Source: Scenedesmus sp. PABB004
Taxonomy: Eukaryota
Reading direction: 5' to 3'
Assembly: GCA_014905635.1 (NCBI GenBank)
Contig: JABVCE010000005.1
Coordinates: 1,488,001-1,552,000, forward strand
DNA: 64,000 nt
The notes beneath the pieces were generated by a model. That model worked only from the letters and a program-made list of their open reading frames with translations. It ran no database searches and was not told the DNA's origin. A program made the translations under genes and the position numbers. Positions 23,784-35,114 of this stretch are shown here, piece after piece (the stretch's first letter is position 1; the number at the start of each line of letters is the position of its first letter).

Positions 23784-26110
23784 ATGGCGGCGGCGCCCGC
23801 GCCGCCCGGCGCCGACGCGGCGGCGCCGCCGGCGCCCCTGGGGGACGTGGGTGCGGGTGGGCGGGAGTTTGACCTGAACGAGGTCATCACGCTCAACGTC
23901 GGCGGCCGTCTCTTCTCGACGACGCGCCGCACGCTCGTCTGCGTCCCCGAGTCGCTGCTGGAGCTCATGTTCAGGCGCGCCGCGCGCGGGCGCGCGCTGC
24001 GTGGAGAGCCGCGGCGGCCGCGCCGACGCGCCGGGCGCTGTGAGCGCGCCGCGCGCCCCGCCGCCCGCGCGCAGCGGGCGATGGCCTGGCGAGGGCGCGC
24101 CGCGCGACGCCGACGGGCACGCCTTTCTCGACCTCGACCCCACGCTCTTCGCCCACGTGCTCAACTGGCTGCGCGCCGCCGCGGCGGGCGGGCCCGCGCC
24201 GCCGGAGCTCGCGGTCGGCCCCGAGCGCGCGGCGCACATGCTGGTGGGTGCGCGCAGGCGCACCCGCGCGCCGCCGCGCCGCGCGGCGCCGCCTGCCCGC
24301 GCCGCGCCCGCCACACCCCCCCCCCCCGCGCCCCGCCAGGCGCTGCTCGACTACCTGCAGCTCGCGCGCGCCATCCCTCTGACCTACAACGAGTCGTTCG
24401 ACGCGCGCCGGCACTCGCCGTTTGTGCTCGTGCGCGGCGCCGGCGCCGGCGCCGGCGCCGGCGGCAGCAGCGCGACGCGCACGTCCGTCGCGCCCGCGCA
24501 GCCGGGCAAGCGCGGGTCGGGGCGCGGGCGGCGCGCGGGGCTCATGCAGTTTGCGGTGTCCGAGGGCGCGTTCTGGGACGTGAGCGTCTCGCTCACGCTC
24601 GAGGTGTCCGCCTTCCACGACTCCAACCACCCGCCGCGCTGCTGCAACGAGGCCAGCCCCGCGGGCGCCGCGCCGGCGTGGATGTTCATCGGCTTCATGC
24701 ACCAGGCGCGCGCCACCGCGCCGCGGCCGGCGCGCGGCGGCTGGGCGCGGCTGGGGAGGCGCGCGCGCGCACGCCGCTGGACCGCCTGCCCGCGCGCCGC
24801 GCCGCGCCGCGCCGCGCAGAGGGAGGCGGCGCTGCTCGACCCCGCGGGCGAGATCAACACGCAGCTGACCAAGTCCAAGTCGTGCTACGGTGCGCGCGCG
24901 CGCCGGGCGCGCCCACGGACAGCCGCCCGCGGACAGCCAGCCCAGCCGCCGCCCGCGCGCGCGCAGGCTGGCTCGTCGGCGGCGGGCCCAAGTGGACGAG
25001 CTTTGCCGTGCGCCACGGGCAGCGCGCGAGCGAGGCGTGCCTCAAGGGCCTGCACGGCGGCGGGCTGCTCTGGTCGGAGGGCCAGCAGCTCGTGCTGTCC
25101 CTCGACACGCGGCGGGACCGCGAGCACGCCCAGATCAGCCTGCTCAACACCACGACCGGCATGGCCAAGGTGCTGCAGGCAGGCGCCGCGCTGGGCGGCG
25201 ACGGCGCCGCCGACGGCGCGAGCGCGGCGCCCGCGCGCCGCGCGTCGGGCGGCGGCCTCGCCGGCAGGCCGCGCCCAGGGCGGCGGCACCGCAGCCCGCG
25301 CGCGGCGATGCTGCTGCGCGGCCTGCCCGGCTGGCAGCTGCTGGTGGAGCCGTGGCGGCACCACATCGCCGACGCGCTGGGCGGCCCGGCGCAGCCGCCG
25401 CTGCGGGCGGCGCACGTCGCAGAGATGGTGAGGCCTGCCGCCGCCGCGGGAGGCCGCCGCCGCTGCCGCTGCTCGCGCTGCCGCTGCTGTCGCACGGTGC
25501 TGCCTGACGACTGCCCTCGCGCCGCCCGTCCGCGCCGCCGCACCCAGATCATGGCGGCGACGCTCGCGGTGCGCGGCGCGCGCGTGGCGGCGGCGGCGGC
25601 GGCGGCGGCCGCGGCGGCGCGGCGTGCCGGGCCGCTCGCGCGCCCGCGCGGCCGCCCACGGCCGGCGCCCGCTCGCAGGTGATGGAGGACAACGGCGTCC
25701 CGGTGGAGGCAGGGATGGAGGCGCTTGCGGAGCAGGATCGCGTGGCCGACCTGATGCGCCGCGTGCAGCTGGCCATGGAGCGCGGCGGTGGCGGCGGCGA
25801 CGCCGGCCCGGCGGGCGGCGCGGCCGGCGCCGGCGGCGCGGCCGGCGCAGGCCCGGCGGGCGGCGCTGCCGGCGCCGGCGGCGCGGCCGGCGCGGCCGGC
25901 GGGGGCGGAGGTGGCGCCGGCGGCGGAGGTGCCGCGGGCGCGCCGCCCGAGGGCGCCGCGCGCAGCGACCCGGCGCCCGGCGCCGACGCGCTCGGCGCCG
26001 ACCTCGACCAGCGCACAACGGATTACTCGTGGGTGCTCGTCGTGGGCCTGGTGCACCCCGAGGACTGCGTGCGCATCGTCGGCGCGCGCCGCCACGGCTG
26101 CGAGCTGTAA
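23784..26110 (+). CDS. KCTD-type BTB/POZ protein with a putative SPRY-like C-terminal region, 7 exons
   Basis: VITLNVGGRLFSTTRRTL...SLLELMFSGRW...FLDLDPTLFAHVLNWLR is a classic T1-type BTB. The downstream beta-rich exons are assigned by inference only. TAA at 26108-26110. Confidence 0.8.
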
Positions 26111-26428
26111 ACGCCGCCGCGCCGGTCGACCACCGCGCGCGGCGAGCAGCGGCGACCCGCAGCGGCGACCCAGCGGCGGCGGTCGCGGGAGCAGCGCTGC
26201 GCTGCTGGCTGGCCGCGTGTGAGAGGCGAGCCCCGGCGTCGCGTTCCGGCGAGCCCCGCGCCTTGTGGGCTGCCCTTGCTGCTCGCGCGCTGCCCGCGCC
26301 CGCCGTGCCGCCCCCACACTCCACCACCGGCCCGTGGGCTGCGATCGCGACGCTAGCCGGCGCCGCAATGGCTCCGTGAGCGCGGCGCGCGCGTGCCCGG
26401 CCGGGCCCAGCGCCGCCCCTCCCGAGGC

Positions 26429-29400
26429 ATGCACAGGGAGCTGCTGTGCGCGTCCGGCGGCAGCCTGGGCGCGAGCTTCGGAGATGTAAGCGGCCGCGGC
26501 CTCAGCGGCGCGGCAGGCGCATCTGCTGCCGCCGGGCAGCAGCTGGGCGATGCCGGGCTGCCGCTGGAGATGCAGCACCTGCTGCACTCCAAGCTCGTGG
26601 AGAACGGTCAGCTGCAGCAGCGCGTCGTGCAGCTGGAGTCGCTGGTCCAGGAGCAGCTGCAGCGCTCCAAGGCGCAGGACAGCACCATCACGCGCCTGCA
26701 GGCGCAGCTCGTGCTGCTGGAGGAGCAGCTGCGCCTCACCAGCGACTGCACGGAGAAGCTGCAGGCCGACAACCACGCGCTGAGCACCAACAACGCGCAG
26801 CTCGCGCGCACGGCGACGCTGCTGCAGCGGCACCTCAGCGCCGCCGCGGCGGCGGGCAGCGGTGGCGGCGCCGCGGACGGCGGCGCGCCCGCGGCCGGCG
26901 CGCCGCCGGCGCCGTCGCCGCCGCTGCCCGCGCCGCCGCCGCTGCCCGGCGGCGGCGCGGCGCTCAGCGCGTTTGCCGCGGCGGCCGCGGCCGCGCCGGG
27001 CCCCGGCGACGAGCTCGTGGGCGCGCCGTCCGCGCTGACCGGGCCGGGCCTGCCCGGCGGCGGGCCGAGCGCGAGCAGCAGCAGCAGCACGCCCATCCCC
27101 ACGCCGACGCTGGGCGTGAGCCGCACGCAGAGCCTGAGCCACACGCCGCTGAGCGCGCCGCTCGGTGTCGGCGGGCGCGGCGGCGCCGCGTCGGCGTCGC
27201 ACCTCGCGGCAGGCAGCCCGGCGGCCACCGTGGGCCTGCTGGGCTCGCTGCACGCCGACGGCGGCGGCGGCGCGCTCTCGCGCTCGCCCCACCCCGGCTC
27301 GGTGGCGCACCTCGCGCACTCGCTCTCGCTGTCGAGCGCGGGCCAGCAGCAGCAGCTGCTGGCCTCCGCCGCGGCGGCCGCGGCCGCGGGCGGCCAGCCG
27401 GGCGGCGGCCTCGGCGCGGGCGCAAGCAGCGGCAGCAGCCAGGACTTTACGCGCGACGCCGAGGTGTGGCCCGCGCCCGCGCGGCCGCACCGCACGCAGT
27501 CGCTGCTGTCCGCGCGCGAGCTCAACGCCGCGACCGACTGGCTCGCCGGCGGCGCGGGCGGCGCCGGCGGCGCCGGCGGCGGCGGCGCGGGGTCGGCTGC
27601 CGCGGGCGCGGGCCTCGCGAGCAGCCGCGCGCAGCAGGCCGGCCCCACCGCGCCGCAGCCGATCCTGGGCCACCCGCACAGCCGCGGCGCGCAGGGACGC
27701 GACGTCTATGCGGCGGCCGCTGCAGCGGCGGCGGCCGCCGCGGCGCGCGGCGGGCAGGACTCGTGGCAGTCGCAGGCGGCGGCCGCGCTGTCGGCGTCGG
27801 TCGGCGGCGGCGCGGGCAGCGCGGGCTTCGGGCTGAGCCCCGCGTCGTGGGACCACCCGCTGCTCATGTCGGCGCGGCACGACGCGCTGCTGGAGGCGGC
27901 GCAGGCCGCGGCGGCCGCGGGCGTCGGCGGCGGCAGCGACCTCGCGGCCGTCGCGGCCGCCGCGGCGGCGGCCGACTACCTGGACATTGCCAGCGGTGGC
28001 CACGGCGCCGCGGCGGCGGCCGCGGCCGCGGCGGCGGCGGCCGCTGCGGCGGCCGCGACGGCGGGCCTGCCGGGCGGGCTCTCGCTCGCCGACCACGCGC
28101 CGCACAGCCGCCCGGTTGACCTCGAGCGCCTCGGCCTCGGCGGCGGCCTCGGCTCAGCGTCGGCGGGCGCGCTGGGCGGCGGGCTCGCCGACTGGGAGAC
28201 GCACGCGGCGGCGGCGGCGCACCACGCGCACGCGCACCGCGCCGCGCTCGCGTTCCAGGCGGCGCAGCAGCAGCGCCTGCTCACCGCGCAGCAGCACCTC
28301 GCCGCCGCGGGCGTGGCGGCGGGGCTCGGCGACGCGCTCGGCGGCGGCACCGTGCGCGGCGGCAAGGCGCTGCCGCCCGCGCCGGGCGGGCGCGCCGGCG
28401 ACCCCTTTGCGCGCGACGGCCCGCCCGGCCGCGGCAGCGGCGGCGGCGCGGACGACGAGGCCGCCCCGCTGCGCAGCGGCAGCAGCAGCGCGCGCGAGCG
28501 CGGGCTGCTCAGCGACGCGGTCGCGTGCAGCGACGCGGCGGCCGCGGCCGCGGCCGCGGCGGCGGAGCGCGAGCGCGCGACGCTCAACCTCAAGTGCGCC
28601 GGCAAAGAGAGGGGGGGGCTCACGCGCGCGCCGCTCACGCGTGCGCGGCTCGCGCGCGGCTCAGCTCACTCACGCGCGCGCCGCCGCGGCGCCCCTGCGC
28701 AGGTGGGACGACAACTGGGGCCCCGAGAGCGAGGGCGGCGCCAACGGCGCGGCCGACCAGGCCGACACGGACGACAGCTGCGACCAGGACACGCCGCGCG
28801 GCGCCAGCGCGCCCGGCAGCGCCCCCGGCGCCAGCAGCGGCGCGCTGGCCGGCAGCTCCAGCAGCGCGGCGCTCGCGGCGCCGGGCGGCGCGCCGCCCGG
28901 CCCGGCATCGCCGGGCGACACGCCGGCGCTCGGCCCGAGCCCGAGCGCGGCGTCGCTGCAGCTCGCGGGCTCGCTGCCGAGCCGCGGCGACGACGGCGAC
29001 GGCGACGGCGTGCCGGGGTCTGAGCTCGACGCGGGCGCGCAGAACGCGCGGCTGCGCAGCAAGGCGGACGCGTGCCCCAACACCTGCGTCTACGTCGGCT
29101 TCCTCGGCTGGTGGGTCACCGAGCGCGACCTGGTCGAGTACTTCAGCCCCTACGGGGAGCTCGTCAGCGTGCGGGTGAGCGAGACGGCCGCCGCCCCGCC
29201 CGCGCCGCACGCCGCGCTGCTGCGCCCGCCCGCCCGCCCGCCCGCGCACCCATGTCTGCCCCCCCCTCCCCCCTACACACCCCCCCCCACACACACACAC
29301 CCACGCGCCGCCGCCCGCCCGCGCGCCGCCGTGCGCCGCAGCTGCTGATCAGCAAGAAGAGCCGGCGCAGCCGGGAGCAGGCGTTTGTGGAGTACGCGGC

Positions 29401-29527
29401 GGTGTCGCAGGCGGCCAAGGCGATCACGTGGCTCGACACCATCGACTACCCCGCCCTGGTCAAGCAGCTCGGCTGCGGCGGCCTCGTCGTGCGCTTCGCG
29501 GACCGCAAGAAGCCCGCGTTTGACTGA
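26429..29527 (+). CDS. Protein with N-terminal coiled coil, long Ala/Gly low-complexity region and C-terminal RRM
   Basis: Heptad-like KLVENGQLQQRVVQLESLVQEQL; RRM VYVGFLGWWVTERDLVEYFSPYGELVSVRLL...QAFVEY...LVVRFA. Start codon uncertain. Confidence 0.8.
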
Positions 29528-30746
29528 TTGACTGAGGCGCGCGTCGGGGCGCAGCCTCGCGGGGCCGCGTCTCGCGGCGGCCCCGCGCGCGGGGGAGGAC
29601 GGGTGCGGCCGCGCGGCGGCGGCGGCGGCGGCGGCGTGCGCGCCCGCGGGCCCCTGAGGCCCGGGGCGCGCCCCGCGGCCCGGCCCGGCGCGGCGGCGGG
29701 GCTCCTGAGGCCCCGGCGCCCGCGCCTGTGTGTGCGACGGCCGCGGCGCGCCCGCGCAGCGTGGGCGGGCGGGCGGGCGGGAGGGAGGTGACCTGGGGGC
29801 TGCTCCACGTGGGGCGCGCGCTTTGTGTGAGAGCGGCTGGCGCGCTGCCCCCTGCAGCGCCGCACCGCAGCTGTGAGGCTCGGGGCGGCGCGCGGCGCAA
29901 TCCGCCGCCGCCGCCCCGCGGGCTGAGCCTGCGCGCGTGCCGCGTTTGGGTCGCGGGGCGTTGTCCGCGGCTGGGCCGCTCGTTGCGCTGCACTTCGGGC
30001 GCGCCGCCGCAGCGCCTGCCCGCTCTGGCGGCGCAGGCCGGCGCGCGCCGCTGGCATTCAGTTCAGTCAGCAGCGCACTAACTAAACCCTCCCGAGGGCA
30101 TCTGGCGGCGCGCCGCCGCCCGCCGCCGCCGCCCGCGCCGACCCCTCGGCGGCGCGGGCCGGCGTGCCGGCGCGCGCGCCCCCCGCCAGCAACCCGCCGC
30201 GGCTGCCGTTTGCCAGGGCGCCGTTTTTCTTGCCACGCCCCGGCCCTCACTTTGTTACTGCGGCCCGCGCCGCGCCGCCGCGCCGCCGCCCTCGTGGCCC
30301 GGGCGCCGGCCGCGCGCGCGACCGCGATTGGATTCTTCTTGTGTGTAGGCGTGGCGTGGCGGGCTGATCCCGTGGGCGGCAATTCGGACAGTGACGGTGA
30401 GCCGGTGCGACCCGGAGCGAGCGAGCAGCGCCCCGACAGAGCCCCAGGCAGAGACCCGCGGCAGCCGCGGTGGCCCCAGCCCGATCACGCAGCGCCTCTC
30501 TTGAGCGCCACAGCAGACCGCCGGCGCTCGCCCGCCCCGCGTGGTGGCGCGGCTGCCGGCCGCCGGCGCCGCCGCTGCCAGCCGCCGCTGCCGCCGCCGC
30601 CGCCGCCTGGTCGGCCTGCGAGGCGCAGGGGCGGTCTCCACGAGCTCGGCTCAAGTCACCCTCGCGTGGTGGGCGTGCTGCTGAGCGCGCAGCAGGCGGT
30701 GGCGCGGCTGCAGCCGCCGGTCGCGGGAGCCAGCGGCGGCCCGCAC

Positions 30747-31004
30747 ATGCCGCGCGGCGTGGCCAAGGCCGACCTGCCCAGCAAAATCTGCGAGAGCTGC
30801 GGAAGGCCGTTCAACTGGCGGAAGGTGTGGGAAAAGTGCTGGGCTGACGTGCGGACGTGCAGCGATCGGTGCAAGAACGAGCGCAAGCGGCGGCTGCACG
30901 CCGCCAACCGCGCGGCGCGCGAAGAGGGCGGTGGCGGCGGCGGCGGCGCGCTGGCTTCTGGCCCCGAGGCAGGCGCGCAGCAGCAGGGCGCGGCGCCTGA
31001 CTGA
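30747..31004 (+). CDS. DUF2256 family small Cys-rich protein
   Basis: KADLPSKICESCGRPFNWRKVWEKCWADVRTCSDRCK matches the family pattern; upstream exons are possible. Confidence 0.85.
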   Translation: MPRGVAKADLPSKICESCGRPFNWRKVWEKCWADVRTCSDRCKNERKRRLHAANRAAREEGGGGGGGALASGPEAGAQQQGAAPD

Positions 31005-31174
31005 GCTCGCAGCGGCATTGCAACCGAGCGCGCCCTGTGCTGTGCGCGGCGCCGACAACAACCCCGCGCCCGACAAGCCGGCCAGCGAGCCAGTCAACCG
31101 GGGGTCGAGGGATCGCGGCACAGTGCGAGCTGCGCGTGTCAAAACGCGCAGCGCGACTCTCAGCGCGGGCGGCG

Positions 31175-33015
31175 TCAGCGGACGACGACGGCGACGCAGC
31201 CGCCGCCGCCACTGCCGCGGTCGCCGCCCCGCTCGTGGCCGGCGCCGCCCTGGTCGCGGCCGGCGCGGCCGTCGGCGGCAACCGGCTGCGCCGCCGCCGG
31301 CGCGCGCGGCGGGCCCTTCCCTCCCAGCTCCAGCTCGCCGCCGCTGGCTGCGGGGCCGCCGCCGCCGCCGCCGGGCGCGCCGCCGCCGCCGCCGGGCGCG
31401 CCGCCGCCGCCGCGCGGCGCCGCCGCGACGGCCGCCGCGGGCGCGGGCGTGCGCCGCGAGGGGGGCGGCGTCGGGATGACGCGCGCGTGCGCCGACAGCG
31501 AGGCGAACAGCCCGTACACCACCAGCAGGAGCCCCAGCACCATGAGCACGCCGCGCAGCGGCGCGCTGCCGCGCAGCTGCAGCAGCGCGTTGGCGACCAT
31601 CGACGTCGCGTGCGGCGCGTCGGCGCCCGTGGCGTCTTTGAGGAAGAGCACCGCGAGCGCGAGGAACGCGCCGCCGCGGCCGGCAAAGCCCGCGTGCCCC
31701 GCGCCAAACACGAAGCGCATGAACGGCCGGGGCAGGTCGTCGCTGCGCGCGCGCGGCGGCGGCGCGCGGCGGCGGCGGCGGGCCTTGGCGGGGCGCCCCG
31801 CCAGCTGCGGCAATTGCGAGCACGCGCGCGGCGTCACGTGCGCGGCGGGGTGCCACGCCGGGGTGGCCGCAGCGCGTGTGCGCGCGCACCGATAGTCGCG
31901 GCGCCACGCGCACGAGAAAACGCCCTGCAGCTGGATGGCGGTCGCGATCAGAAACGCGAGGCCCAGCAGCGCCAGGCCGGCGCGGCCGAGGCGCGAGTGC
32001 CGCCACGGCACGGGCCACGCCTCGCCCTTGGCCGGCGCGTCGTGCGTGCCGCGCATCTGCACGGCGGCGCGCCGCGCGGAGCGGCGCCCCGGCTGCTCGG
32101 CCGGCGCGGGTGCAGCGGCCGCCGGCGGCGCCGCCCGGCAGCTGCTGCCAGGCCTGGCAGGCCGGCTGCCGCGCCGCGCCGCGCCGCGCCGCGCCGCGTG
32201 CCTCGTCCGCCAGCAGCTGCAGCAGGAAGGCCAGGTAGGAGCAGTACACGGCGCCAGAGACGGCCGGCGAGACCCGGGACTTGAAAAAGTTCTTGCTCGC
32301 GCTGAAGCGGCGGCGGCGGCGGCGCGGCGGAGCGTGGGCGCGCGCGACATCGCCAAGGCCTACGACACCGTGTGGCGCTCCGGCCTGCTTCACAACCTCT
32401 GGCACGTGGGCGTGCGCGGCCGCCTGTTCCGCGTGCTCGCCAACATGACCGACTGCACGCGCAGCATGGTGCTGCCCTGCGCAGGCCTCCGTGAAGCGCC
32501 AGGCAATGTATGCTGCCACCGCGGCCACCATGACCAGCAGCAGCACGGCGCCGGCGCCGCCGGGCGTCGTCCCGAGCAGCACAAACGCGCCCTGCGGGCT
32601 CGCTGCGACGGCGGCGGCGGCGGCGGCCCCGGGGGTCCGGGGGGCGCCCCACGCAGGCGAGGCGCGGCGTCCGCCGCGCAGCGCAGCGCGCACCGGCAAC
32701 CTGGCAGGGCGCGCCCGCCGCCGGCGGGCCGCGCGCTTGCGCGGCCGACTCGCAGGTGAGGCCGCCGATCATGGCGTAGACGACGCTTTTGCCGCACCAG
32801 CCCACGCGGCCGACCAGGGCGAGGGTCGCCGCAGCGCGACCGCCGCGCTGCGACACCTGGTGCGGCGCGTTGAGGCGCTGCAGCGCGCGGCGTGCGCAGC
32901 CGCAGGGGCAGGCGGCGCCCCTGCTCGGGCGGGGCGGCGGGGGCGACGGCGGCGGGCCGCGCGGCGGTGGCGTGCTGCGCGGCCGCGGCTCCGGCGGCGG
33001 CGGGGCCGGCGGCAT
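31175..33015 (-). CDS. DUF1206-like multi-pass membrane protein
   Basis: GRVGWCGKSVVYAMIGGL, SPQGAF, YIAWRFTEA, GHAGFAGRGGAF, LGLLLVVYGLF resemble the repeated DUF1206 units. Interrupted by an RT-like fragment. Confidence 0.75.
32346..32474 (+). mobile_element. Fragment of a non-LTR retrotransposon (LINE) reverse transcriptase
   Basis: DIAKAYDTVWRSGLLHNLWHVGVRGRLFRVLANM...RSMVL matches the LINE RT D-x-x-K-A-[YF]-D-x-V motif and the following L-x2-L-x3-G helix. Confidence 0.8.
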
Positions 33016-33202
33016 CGCAGCGTGGCAGCGGACCGTGGCAGCGCGCTTTGGGACGGTGTGCGTCGGACAGGAGAGGTGCGCTGTTATTACTGTGCGGCCC
33101 GCACGACGCGCCGCGTTTTTGACGTCACTGCCGCCGAGCCGCACGCGCTGCGGGCTCCCACACCGCGTCCCCGCCGCCCCGGGGAGGCTTCGCGACGACG
33201 CC

Positions 33203-34868
33203 ATGCAGGCGCAGGAGCAGCCCGCGCCGACTGGCGCTCGCGCGGCCGCGGCGCGCGCCGACTGGCGGCTCCGCTCGGTGCGCTGGGGCGCGGTTCTCAA
33301 CGCCCAGCACTGGGGCGGCCTGCTGCTGCTCATCCCGATGGTCGTCCTCATCGGTGCGCTCCCTCAGCGCGGCCGGGCGGGCGCCGCCCGAGGCGCCACG
33401 ACCACGCGGCCGCGCCGCCGCGCGCAGCCGTCGCGCACTTCAAGTGGGACGGCGCGCCGGTGGTGCGGCAGGGCCTGCTCTACGACGCGAGCATCTCGCT
33501 GCCGCCCGCGCCGCGCGTGTCGGTGTCGGACGGCCTCGCTGTGGTCTTCAACTGGATCTGCATGCTCGTCGCCGTGCTCGTCATCGAGCTCGCCCTCTTC
33601 CGCCGCCAGCACAGCCTCACGCTCGCGATCGCGGCGACCCTGCACTGGCTCTGGAGCTGCGCGGTGTCGTTTGTGATCGTCGTCGCGGTCACGGGTGCGC
33701 GCAGCCACGCCGGGGCCCAGCCAGGCGGTGCGGCCCAGCCCACCCGCCGTGTCCCGCGCCGCGCGCCGCAGAGATAACCAAGCCCTTCTCCGGCCGGCTG
33801 CGCCCCGACTGGCTGTCGCGCTGCCAGCCCGCGGACGCGGTCGACCCCGCCAGCAACGTGACGACCGCCGCGCTCGGCGGCCACGCGGCGGCGCTGGGGC
33901 CGCAGCACATCGGCCAGCTCGCGGGGCCGTGCACCAACCCCAGCGAGGCAACGCTGAGGGACGGGCGGCTCAGCTTCCCGTCTGGGCACGCGGCCAACTC
34001 GATGGCCGTCGCGTGGTGCGCCGGCAACCGCGCGCGGCCGCCCGCGCGCCTGCGCGGGCGCAGCTGCGTGCCCTGCTGCCCCAGCCATCCGCGCGCTGCC
34101 CCCGGCGCCGCGCGCCGTGCGCCGTGCCGTGCCGCGCCAGGTTCACAGCCATCTACATCGCATGGTCGTTGTACGTCCGGCGCGACGCGCCGCTGCCGCC
34201 CTCAATCTTCCGGTGCGCGGCGGCACGGCACGGCACGGCGCACGGCGCACGCGCGGCGCCAGCGCCGCGCAGCCAGGCGGTGCGCGCCCGAGCGCGGTCG
34301 CCGCGCAGCCAGGCCGCCGCCGCTGCCGCCGCGCAGGGCGCGCACGCTGCTGGGCCGCGTCGCGCGCGAGGCGGCGCACGCGCTGTGCTACGGCTTTTTG
34401 CTTCTTGCGCTCGCGCTGTCGTGGTTCATCGGCATGACGCGGTGCGCCAGGCGCTGCGGCAGGCGCTGCGCCAGGCGCTGTGGCAGGCGCTGCGCCAGCG
34501 CGTGCTGCGCCAGATGCGCTGCACCAGCACGCGTGCCGCGCGCCGCGCGCCCGAGCCCCGCCCGCCGGCGCTCGCGCCAGCTTTTGGGACAACCGACACC
34601 ACATCTCTGACATCGTCGGCGGCTTCCTGCTGGCCATCATCTTCTCCACGCCCTACGCCGTCAAGGCCGTCGGCCTGCACGTCGCCATGGCCGAGGTCAT
34701 CGACGGCGCCGGGGGCGCTGCGGGCGACGCCAAGCGCGCGCCCGACCGCGCGCTGCTGCCGGTCGCCGCCGCGCCGGCGGGCGCGCCGGCGGGGGCGGGG
34801 CCCGGCGAGGTGGTGGTGCAGATGGGGCCGCTGCCGCCGCAGGGGGGCGGCAGCATCGGCGCACGTGA
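33203..34868 (+). CDS. PAP2 / lipid phosphate phosphatase, tandem copy 1
   Basis: C1 KPFSGRLRP, C2 SFPSGH, C3 TRFWDNRHHISD. The end assumes one missing G in the run at 34842-34847; as assembled the frame runs to 35367. Confidence 0.88.
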
Positions 34869-35114
34869 ACGCGCGCTCGCGGCGGCGGCGGCACGCAGGG
34901 GCGGCGGCCGGCTTTGGTGGGTGTGGTGGGGTGTGGCGTTGCGTGTGTTGCGGACCATGGTGATGGACACCACGTGCGCAGGGCTTGTGGCGTGCGTGCG
35001 TCCCGCTCAAACGTTCGAGCGCGCGCGCGACAGCTCCGCGTCGGCGACCCGGCAGCTCGCCGCGCAGCGCCCACACAACCGCCGCGCTCTCTCGCCGCGC
35101 TGCCGAAGCGCGCA

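Noticed and set aside
30050..30640. Lower-complexity intergenic stretch upstream of DUF2256 as a possible ncRNA
   Set aside because: No recognisable snRNA, snoRNA, SRP or tRNA motifs; it has splice-like signals and may be 5' UTR or upstream exons.
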